This document shows, in pieces, positions 1 to 8,900 of a stretch of 57,544 nucleotides of DNA (position 1 is its first letter; each line of letters begins with the position of its first letter). The position numbers were made by a program, and so were the translations under genes. This DNA is from an uncultured Eubacteriales bacterium (lineage in GTDB: Bacteria > Bacillota > Clostridia > Lachnospirales > Lachnospiraceae). Under the pieces are notes generated by a model. The model did no database searches, had not been told where the DNA came from, and worked only from the letters and a program-made list of their open reading frames with translations. The DNA is taken from NCBI GenBank assembly GCA_902803205.1, contig CADCOW010000100.1, positions 1-57,544 of the forward strand, written 5' to 3'.

Positions 1-126
1 TAATATTTTTGAAGAAAAACTATTGATTTTGTTGATAAATTTTTATTTTATGCACGTTTTTAACATTGTTGAGTGGACACTAATTAAGAAACTTTTAATA
101 GAGGTCTTATTATGAAAAAATTTAGT

Positions 127-134
127 AAAAAAAA
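127..134 (+). repeat. Poly-A(8) homopolymer at the first frame break
   Basis: Counted directly from the sequence. It lies between ATG112 and the signal-peptide-like frame. Confidence 0.9.
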
Positions 135-215
135 TTATTAGCATCACTTCTCGTTTTTGCTATATGCTTTTCAAGTAGTAGCATAAATATTTTAGCAAGC
201 AATACTTCGCTAAAT

Positions 216-305
216 AGTGGGGCAGGCAACATTGTAGAGAATCAAACTGCAAATGAGAATAGTGGAGCAAGTAACACTGCAGAAAATCAAACTGTAAATG
301 AGAAT
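216..305 (+). repeat. 45-bp tandem repeat x2 (encodes SGAGNIVENQTANEN / SGASNTAENQTVNEN in the signal-peptide frame)
   Basis: 216-260 and 261-305 align with a few substitutions. Confidence 0.85.
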
Positions 306-2265
306 GGGGCTCACAGAGTTCGCTCATACGGGGGGGGGGGACAATATAACAGGGACGGATACCATCTGCCCACTTGAGGGTATAGAAAGTAATGCTGATG
401 AAACTCTTTTTGGTGCTGCCCCTACTATAAATGTAGGAGATACACTTTACTTTGGTAGATACCCACAAAATACAAAAGACTCTGAAGTGCTTGAGCCTAT
501 AAAATGGAGAGTGATAGACAAAGCAACTGATGGTTCAAAGGCACTTCTCGCATCTGACCAAGTACTTGATTTTAAATATTATAGAAGTAGTAATCTTGAT
601 ACTGAATTTAAATCTTGGGCAGATTGTTATTTAAGAACTTGGTTAAATGATACATTCTATAATAAAGCATTTGATTCAGCTGAAAAAGCTGCTATAAAAA
701 AGGAAACTTTAACTACTACAGGTTCAGTGAATACTGAAGACAATGTTTTCGTATTATCAAGAGATGAAGCAAATACTCTTTCCCAAATGGATAGATGTAT
801 AAAACCTACAACATATACTAAAAATGTTTCTCGTAATAATTTAAATATTCGTGTATTTTACGGTAGAGTTTCGTGGTGGCTTAGGTCAACAGGTACAGGA
901 ACTTCAGTTTATACAGATTTTGTTAATGAAAATGGAGAATTGGGAACAATGAACGGATATGATGGAACTTTACGTGTGGGTGTTCGCCCATCTATCTACA
1001 TAGATTTAACTTCTCCATATTTTACTGCAAATGAAAGTAGCATAACTTTTAATCTTGATGGTGGAGACTGGATTAAGGATAATACAACTTGGAAAGAATT
1101 AAATAAATATAAAGAAGGAGTAGTGAATATTCTTCCAACTGCAGATGAAGTAAAAAAGGATTGGTATGTGCTTAAAGGTTGGTCAATAAATGGAAATGAT
1201 TTAACTGAAATTAGTATAAATACAACTTGGACGGGTAATCTTACTGTTAAAGCACTTTGGACTTATGAAGGGGATAGAGCTTTAACTGATAGAGAAAATA
1301 ATGCATTTATAGTTAGAGATGAGTGGACTGCTTGGGTTAAAAGTTTTACAAGTGAATTATCTGCACTTGATAAAAATGCGATTTCAAGAATATATAGCAA
1401 TATGGATTTCTATGATATGCAGTATAGATTTACAGAGAAATACAAAAAAGTTCCTGAATATCTTGATGAAGATGGGAAGCCAACAGATAAACTTAAAAAT
1501 CTGATTAAAGAAAAGAGGAAAGAGATAGCTGGTGGCTCAAATAAAGTAAAAGATTATCTAAAGTTTACTTCAACTCAGAATGGTTCAACAGTTGGTTTTT
1601 GGGTAACTGGTACTACGGACTATAATATGGGCTATTCAAAAGATGGTACTACATTTATAAAATGGAATCCTGGTGAAAATATAACACTCAATTCTGGAGA
1701 ATACATATATGTATATAATAAAACGGAAGTTCTTACAAAAAATATTACTTCTGGATTATATTTTAATTTGTCTGGTGCTATAGAAGCCTCTGGTAATATA
1801 ATGTCTATATTAGATTTTTCAGATGAAGTACCTTATTATGGTTTTTATGGTTTGTTTAGTGGGCAGTCTGGATTAACAAAAGCATCAGAACTTAAACTTC
1901 CTGCACAAAAAGTAGGTGAACATGCATATGATGAAATGTTTTTTAATTGTGCAAATTTGAAAGAGGCATCAGATTTACCAGCAACAACTATTGGAATAGG
2001 GGCATATTTTAGTATGTTTGGACTTTGTGCAAATTTAGAGAAGGGACCATATATAAAAGCAACATCAATAGGTGGTGGTGCCTTTGAAGAAATGTTTAGT
2101 GGTTGTACTAATTTGAATTATATAAAACTTGATTTCAGAGGGGCACTTGGTTTCATAAACTGGGTTCAAGGTGTGACAGCAACAGGTAAATTATATTATA
2201 ATGGACCAACAACTGACCACAGTAACAATAAAATCCCAACCAACTTCACAGTGGTGCCATTTTAA
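298..2265 (+). CDS. Surface protein: DUF6273-like N-terminal domain, one Listeria-Bacteroides (Flg_new) repeat, BspA/LRR-like C-terminal repeats. As written it lacks a signal peptide (frameshifted or phase-variable; full unit is 112-2265)
   Basis: Motifs YFGRYPQ..EPIKWRVI..ALLAS..LRTWLN..VFVLSRDEA..WWLRS..GVRPSIYI. Then ITFNLDGGDW..LKGWSINGN..VKALW. Then repeated F..C.NL blocks (MFFNCANLKEAS, MFGLCANLEKG, MFSGCTNLNYIKL). Confidence 0.7.
   Translation: MRMGLTEFAHTGGGDNITGTDTICPLEGIESNADETLFGAAPTINVGDTLYFGRYPQNTKDSEVLEPIKWRVIDKATDGSKALLASDQVLDFKYYRSSNLDTEFKSWADCYLRTWLNDTFYNKAFDSAEKAAIKKETLTTTGSVNTEDNVFVLSRDEANTLSQMDRCIKPTTYTKNVSRNNLNIRVFYGRVSWWLRSTGTGTSVYTDFVNENGELGTMNGYDGTLRVGVRPSIYIDLTSPYFTANESSITFNLDGGDWIKDNTTWKELNKYKEGVVNILPTADEVKKDWYVLKGWSINGNDLTEISINTTWTGNLTVKALWTYEGDRALTDRENNAFIVRDEWTAWVKSFTSELSALDKNAISRIYSNMDFYDMQYRFTEKYKKVPEYLDEDGKPTDKLKNLIKEKRKEIAGGSNKVKDYLKFTSTQNGSTVGFWVTGTTDYNMGYSKDGTTFIKWNPGENITLNSGEYIYVYNKTEVLTKNITSGLYFNLSGAIEASGNIMSILDFSDEVPYYGFYGLFSGQSGLTKASELKLPAQKVGEHAYDEMFFNCANLKEASDLPATTIGIGAYFSMFGLCANLEKGPYIKATSIGGGAFEEMFSGCTNLNYIKLDFRGALGFINWVQGVTATGKLYYNGPTTDHSNNKIPTNFTVVPF
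330..340 (+). repeat. Poly-G(11) homopolymer at the second frame break
   Basis: Eleven consecutive G counted in an AT-rich context. It separates the signal-peptide frame from the 298-2265 frame. Confidence 0.9.
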
Positions 2266-2295
2266 TAATTATTCATAAGGACATATTGAAAAATT

Positions 2296-2323
2296 GGGTG
2301 ACTTTACAAAGTCGCCCTTTTTA
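2296..2323 (+). terminator. Rho-independent terminator of the 298-2265 gene
   Basis: GGGTGAC (2296-2302) / GTCGCCC (2311-2317) stem with one G-T pair, followed by TTTTT. Confidence 0.65.
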
Positions 2324-2398
2324 TTGTCAAATTATTCTTTAAGCAAATAAGTCGCCCTTTTTATTATCAAATTATTCTTTTAGCAAATGAGTCGCACC
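2310..2398 (+). repeat. About 40-bp tandem direct repeat, 2.2 copies (AGTCGCCCTTTTTATTRTCAAATTATTCTTTWAGCAAATR)
   Basis: 2310-2349 and 2350-2389 are nearly identical; a partial third copy is at 2390-2398. The first copy overlaps the terminator 3' arm. Confidence 0.8.
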
Positions 2399-2459
2399 AA
2401 AAATAGTCTAATGTATACAGTTTGTAAAAAGCTGATATTTTATGCAATGATTTTATTAT

Positions 2460-2649
2460 TTGCAGATATGCTACATAAGAAAATAGTTGGAGCAAAAACA
2501 AATTTTTTGCAACAATGGCGATAGCCGAGCCTTAGAACTTTAGCACTGTCTGAGCGAAGCGAGTTTGCAAAGTTCTTGGCGAGGCAGAGCCAGTGCTTGC
2601 ATAAAAAATCTTGTTTTTGCGACCTATTTTCAATGTAGCATATCTGCAA
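2460..2649. repeat. 190-bp long imperfect palindrome bounded by perfect 17-bp inverted repeats (MITE-like element or structured RNA)
   Basis: TTGCAGATATGCTACAT (2460-2476) versus ATGTAGCATATCTGCAA (2633-2649). The inner arms 2477-2512 and 2597-2632 are also complementary. The centre is GC-richer. An extra partial arm copy lies at about 2662-2700. Confidence 0.7.
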
Positions 2650-2763
2650 ATGTTTATAGAGATTTGCATAAAAAAACTTGTTTTTGACCTATTTTTGGCA
2701 AAATCCATTTATTTATATAGAAATGTTTGTAAAATTAAGGAAAATGGCTGTAAAACAGGGCTA

Positions 2764-2792
2764 AAAAAGTATTAAAATAGTATTAAGATTTT
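2764..2792 (+). promoter_or_regulatory. Candidate operator: direct repeats AGTATTAA-N3-AGTATTAA upstream of the giant gene 1 promoter
   Basis: A 29-nt block, AAAAAGTATTAAAATAGTATTAAGATTTT, is identical at 25337-25365. Both copies start 48 nt upstream of the -35 start. Confidence 0.45.
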
Positions 2793-2811
2793 AAAAAATT
2801 GTGTATTTTTA

Positions 2812-2840
2812 TTGAAAATTAAGGCTCAATTATGTATAAT
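2812..2840 (+). promoter_or_regulatory. Sigma-70/SigA-type promoter of giant gene 1
   Basis: TTGAAA (2812-2817), 17 nt spacer, TATAAT (2835-2840). The same architecture precedes gene 2. Confidence 0.6.
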
Positions 2841-2992
2841 ATTGAAAATGGGTTTTTGTGCCTATTTGTATCTTTTTGCGTGAAAACGCTTAAAGTTTTA
2901 ATTGCTTATAGTAAATATTTTAGTTGAAAAAATTTATTTTTCAAAAAAGTATTTATGATTTGATTAAAAAAATTTTTAGAAGAGGTTTGGTT

Positions 2993-5900
2993 ATGTTTAG
3001 TCAAAAAGTAAAAAGAGTCATTAGTATCTTACTTGTGATATCTATGACTTTGTGTTGCAATGGATTCTCAGTCCTTGCAGGAAGTGTTGAAGGAGTTGTA
3101 GAAGAACAACAAGTTGCTACAAGTGAAAAACAAACTCCTAATTATTATTATGAGTACCAAGAGTACAAAGAAGAACAAATTGTGCTTATGGGAAATGCAG
3201 GAGATAGTAAAGATAGTGGAAAAGAAAAAGCTGAAGGAGAGAATGCAGAGCCTGGAAATGTAGAGAGCAACAATAAAGATGGTGATGCATTAGCAATCAC
3301 TGATGGTGAGTCAGATAATGATTCATCAAGTTTTGATGCTGAAAATGGTGAAGAGCCAGAAAATAAAAAAGAAAATGAAGAAGAACCAGAAGATGATGAG
3401 ACTACTACTGTAAAAGAGGAAGAAGAAACTTCTGAATCAGTTGAAGAGAGTGAATCAACTACTGAGACTTCTGAATCAGTTGAAGAGAGCGAATCTACTA
3501 CTGAGACTTCTGAATCAGTAGAAGAGAGTGAAACTACTACTGAAACTTCTGAATCAGTTGAAGAGAGCGAATCAACTACTGAAACGTCTGAATCAAAAGA
3601 AGAAAGTGAGTCAACTACTGAGACTTCTAAAAAAATTGATGAGACTGAAAGTGAAAAAGTAGAAGAAACAGAAAAAACTTCTGAGAGTGTTTCTGATGAA
3701 ACAGAAAGTAAGAAAGTAGAAGAAAGTGAATCAACTACAAAAACGTCAAAAGAAGATATAGAAACAAGTGAAACAACAAAAGAAGAAACAACTACAGTAG
3801 TAGCAAAAGAAGAAGAAACTACTACTATAGAAGAAACAACAAAAGATGATGGCAAAGAAGAGAATGAAAGTAAGACAACTGAGAAGTCTGAAGAATCAAA
3901 TACTAACGAAACAACAAAAGCCTCTGTTCAAGATATAGATGATGTAAAAAATAAAACTAATATAGAATTTGTAGAAGCAAGTGAGTCATATACTGAAACT
4001 TCTGTTAAAGTTATAAAGAAATATATTTATGCTACAAGATCAATCCCAGAAGATAGCATATGGACACTTAAGGAGATTTTGGCAAATGAAACTACAGGTT
4101 CATTTAAAAATCTTCCAAGAAACGAAGAAATTGTAGATAAATATCTTGCAAAAAATATAAAAGTTCTTGTTGAGAACCAATATGGTGACCAAAAAGTATT
4201 AACTGTTCCTGCTAAATGGGACATAGAAGTATTATCAAAAGTATATCGTCCAGAAGGATTTATTCCAAATGCTAATGATTATAAAGTAAGTGCTGATGGA
4301 AAACTTTATGAGATTGGTGAAGATGGAAAAGAGAAAGAGATAAAAGAAGAAGTAGAGACTAAAGAAGTTATTATAGAAGAAAATAACATAGATGATGAAA
4401 ATGCTGATATAAAAGTAAATGATGCAAAAGAAAATAAAGATGAAGATAAAAAAGAAGACGATACAAATATAGAAGTTACTACTGAAGAGAATAAAGAAGA
4501 AAATAAAGAAGATGAAAGTGTAGAGCCAACTGAAAAACAAGAAATAAATGAAAGTATAGAGCCAACTGTGGCTGGATTTACTGGAACTGATGATGAGAAG
4601 ACTGAAACAAATAATACAGATAATAATGAAGTAAGCAAAAAGACTGAGGAAAAGACTATTGAAACTACAGTTGATGAACATGATGCAAGTGTAGGCGAAG
4701 AGAATGTAGTATATGAGTATGAGACAGTAAGTGCTGATGAGCCTATAGTACCAAGTGAAGATGAACTTAAAAAAGATAATGTCATAGTAGGTAATGCAAA
4801 TAATAAGATAGTAAATGAGAAGAATGCTAAAGAAGAAGCTGTCGCTGAACTTAATCTTGCATCACTTGCAAAGAGTCTTGCAGAACTTCTTGGTGGAGAG
4901 ATTATCATTTCTCATGAAACAGGATTTAGTGACACTTTATTTGGTGCAACTGACCATGAACACTGGGTATGTGGCAGACAAGTATGTAGTGATACTCAAA
5001 GAAACCACTTCAATGAAAATATGAATACAAATCACCCAGTTACTGGTGTAAAATCATTCCAAGCTGTAAATAATTTTGATCAGTTTGAATCAGCTATAAA
5101 TAATACTGCTACATCTGATTATGATTATATAGTACTTACAGCAAATATAACTGTAAATAAGATGCTTAAATTAACTAAGCCACTTTTCCTTTGCTTAAAT
5201 GATTATACTTTAAGTTTTACAGAAGATGGACAATTATGTACATTCTATGATTATCAACAAGACCCACCTATAGATGTGCAACACGGTGCACTTACAAATG
5301 CTATATGTATATGTGGATGTAATGATAATAATGGTACTGCAGATGGAATATGTGGAACTATAGAAGGCACAGAAGCAAGATATGCTCCTGCTATATTCTA
5401 TACAAAGAATGCAGGTGTATATTTGTTTGGTTTAGGTAAGTCAAATGGTGCAGGAAGAGATGTTGCACTTCCTTATGGTGAGACAGGTACAGCAGCAGAC
5501 AATGAAGTTCGTATAAAAGTAAAAAATTTCACTCTTGCTGATGCAATAACTTCATATAGACCACACCCAGGTCAAAAAGAAGCACCAAGCGATACACAAG
5601 TTTATTCATATACCAATAACTACCTATATAATAAGAATAGTAACACTATACAAGCAGTGTCAGGAGTAGAAGAACCTATGTATAATGACTATTCTTCTTC
5701 ATTTATAGCTATGTCTATAAATGATAAAGGACAAGCAGAATCACAGACTTCAAGACAGGCTTTCTTCTATGCTCTTGATATAGAAAATATAAAATCAAAT
5801 GATGGTGGATTTGCAAATCTCTATTACCTCAATTCATTTGCCATGGAACATTGTAAGATAATAAATGTTGGAGCATTTAGAGGCGGCATAGTATCAGTTG

Positions 5901-8900
5901 ACTTCAATAATAGAAAGTTCTTAAATACTACAGATACTTCTGTAAATAATGACTATATAGATATAGGTCACAATAATATACAAAACTGTGGATTAAGTAA
6001 AGATTTCACTGGTTCTGGTGCAAACTCAAAATGGGGTGATGAAGGTAAATATAACAATGGTACAAATGTAACAGTAGAAACAGGTCATACTCTTATGGAC
6101 CCAGAAGAAGTATATTCACCAGATAAAAATGGATTGTTCTTACTTGAAAATTATAATGGTGGTTCTACTGATGAAAACTATCGTATCATAACATCAAATA
6201 ATTTTACAAGTAATGATTTAAGCCCAGCAAGTGTAACTACTGGAAATGTTGATGATGCAGTTCAACAATATTTGATTTATTTGACATTTGATTCAGTAGG
6301 TACAAATACTATAAATGTAAATGACAATACATTTACAAATAATAAAGCTGGTGTATTATATATAGAAAACTTATATAATGAAAGACATGGCATACCTGCT
6401 ACTGATGGTAGCCAAGGTATAGTTTATCTTGATAAAAATATTATAGATAACAATGTTATGGGTTCATCTGCACTTGGTACAGATGATAGACCAAAAACAC
6501 TTGGAGTAATGAACTTCCAAAATCTTTCAACAGTTCTTTTAAATACTAAAGTTACAACTACAACACAACAAACAGTAACTAACAATAAAGGTATAGGAAC
6601 TGGTGCAGTTAGAGTTTCTAATGCAAATATATTCTATGTATATAAAACAAAATTTGAAAACAACACTGCTTCAAATGATGGTACAGGTGTAAACACCGCA
6701 AGAGGTGGTGCAATATTTGTAAGTACTTGCTCAACTGTAAAGATAGGTAATGATGTTGTAAATCAGGCTGAAAAAGTTGAATTTATAACTAATGGTACTG
6801 ATTATATATTAAATGGTGGCGCTGTGTATGCAAATGATATAACATCACTTAATATATCTGATGTAAAATTTGATAGCAATGTATCAGATGGAAATGGTGG
6901 TGCTGTATATGCTGAAGGTGTAGGAAGAAACACAAGTACAAATATATATGGTTCAAAATTTGATTCTAATAGTGCATCTAACAATGGTGGAGCATTATAT
7001 TATAAAGGTGATGATGAAAAAATATATAAACATAATTTATATACTTCATATTTCTTAAATTTAACTAATGATACAATCAATAAATTTGATAAGAATAAAA
7101 CAGCATCTGGCGATGGTGGTGCTATATATCTTGCTAATTTAACAGATACATCTAATATGAAATATGTAGATGTTACATCTGATGGTGCGACTGCAAGAGG
7201 ACAATTAAATGAATTGGCAATTTATAATTCTACAGGAAAAGTAAATATAGCTAATTCTACAATTTACAATAATCAAAATGATTCATCTGTTGAAAGAAAA
7301 AATTACTCTACAATATATGTAAATGATGCTGAACTTGAACTTGATAGTGGTGTTCATATAAAACAAAATGTAAATGCAATTAGACTTGGTAAAGCTACAC
7401 TCAGTATGGCATCATATAGACATGTAACTCATAATGATATAGATGATTCCGATAATATATTGATAGAAGAAAATACTGGTGATTATATAATTGGTGTAGA
7501 AAATGATGAATCAAGTTATATAAATTTAAAACAAGGTAAGATAGATAATAATACATTGCTTGGAACAACAAGAAATGGATATGTTCTTGTGACAGCAGGT
7601 GATATAGCTTATGATGCTGCATTTGGTTATATAGGTAAAGTAGCAGATGAAGCTTCTATGAAGCAATCTACTATCCAACTTGGTGGAAATATAAGATTAA
7701 ACAACAATAAGAGAGATGGTGATGTACTTGCAAATATGCCAGTTGAGATAGTACCTGATGGTGTAGGTAACTATAGTAGACCACTTTATAGACACTTTAA
7801 TGCAGTAATTGTGCCTATCGCAACATCTGCATTTGCAGAAGCAGGTACGGCAGAAAAAACTGATGACTTACTCACATTAAATAGCGGTGTTATTGACACA
7901 AGACTTGGTAGAGATGCAAGAATAAGTCTTACTGCTATAAATGCTATAGAAGTTGATTATCCAACAGAAGATTCTGGTCATACAACTAGAGCAAAAAGAG
8001 CAGAGCTATTTAAATTTGATGATGATGAAGATACAGATTATATAAAATTTGATAATAGACATATACAAGGATATGATGGTGGCTCAGGTGGTGCTGGTGC
8101 ACAATCAATATTTACACTTGAAAGAAAAGGTCAAATGATACCTGGAATTACTATCGGTGGTACTACAGGAGATGTGTATGAGAACCGTGTTGTATATGCA
8201 AATAGAGGTGCAGGAGATAGAATATCATTATCAGACTCTGCTACACTTATTACATTTAAATTTAGAATGGTATTCCAGACAGATAGAGATAATCCAGATG
8301 ATTATGGATATGGCACATATGTAGATGCTATACCAGACCAAATGGTTGAAGAAGGAACTCCTGTAATGCAACCTATAAAAGACTATTCACTTGCAGAAGA
8401 GAGTAGTGCAATATATACTGATGCTGTAGCTGGAGTTAAAGAATATAAAGTTATAGATATTATAGGAAATAGTGAAGGAACAGTTGAAAGTAATCCAAGT
8501 AAGAGATTCCATAGTTGGGATTGGTCACAACATGTAACTAGGCCAGACGGAGCAGGTTCATCTTGGGCACCAGAACTTACTGCAATTTATGCAAATGTAA
8601 ATCATAAACATAAAGTTTGTGGTATAGAGTGGGGAGTAGAGTGTAGCCACCTTGGTGATACAAGAACAAATTATCATAAAGAATTTGGTGGAGACTGCTT
8701 TAAGAGAGATAATACAATAGATAAAACTTGTATAGATGTACGTATACCTGAGCAACTTATGTATGCAAAAGAGCATCCAGAGTATATGTATGTTTTAGGT
8801 GCAGATATAATAATTAAAGATAGTATAAATGGTGTAAACATAGAAAGAGTATTAAATGACCCAGACAACCCAATACCTAATCTTAAACTTTGCTTAAATG

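Larger units (their letters stand above)
112..340 (+). other. Out-of-frame 5' segment of the downstream surface-protein gene: start codon plus a signal-peptide-like sequence, interrupted by A8 and G11 tracts
   Basis: AGAGG RBS at 100-104. ATG 112 runs into TAG 139-141. The next frame after the A8 run (127-134) reads KKLLASLLVFAICFSSSSINILASNTS... with no stop up to the G11 run (330-340). A 9-A plus 10-G state would fuse ATG112 to the 298-2265 ORF. Confidence 0.6.

Noticed and set aside
1-111. A promoter for the first gene (TTGATA at 32-37 and nearby T-rich -10-like boxes).
   Set aside because: No hexamer pair with acceptable spacing and -10 quality could be defined. The region is too AT-rich to make a call by eye.
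2460-2649. An invertible promoter switch controlling giant gene 1.
   Set aside because: The interior is itself nearly palindromic, so inversion would change little. The element also lies upstream of, not between, the predicted promoter and the gene. It is kept as a low-probability alternative in the findings rather than called as a feature.
2841-2992. A c-di-GMP (GEMM) or other known riboswitch in the conserved leaders of the adhesin genes.
   Set aside because: The leaders are short and very AT-rich. I cannot find the paired P1/P2 helices with tetraloop and receptor, or other conserved cores of riboswitch classes I know. Only a 4-bp GCGT/ACGC hairpin is shared.
3148-4908. Long minus-strand ORFs inside the giant genes: 3148-3855, 4235-4681, 4306-4908, 25890-26951, 27205-27597 and many 60-120-aa ORFs on either strand.
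   Set aside because: They lie antisense or out of frame to GAA/ACT/AGT-rich acidic repeat DNA or to other giant-gene sequence. They translate to low-complexity S/F/V strings, have no start signals, and are fully embedded in the uninterrupted plus-strand ORFs.
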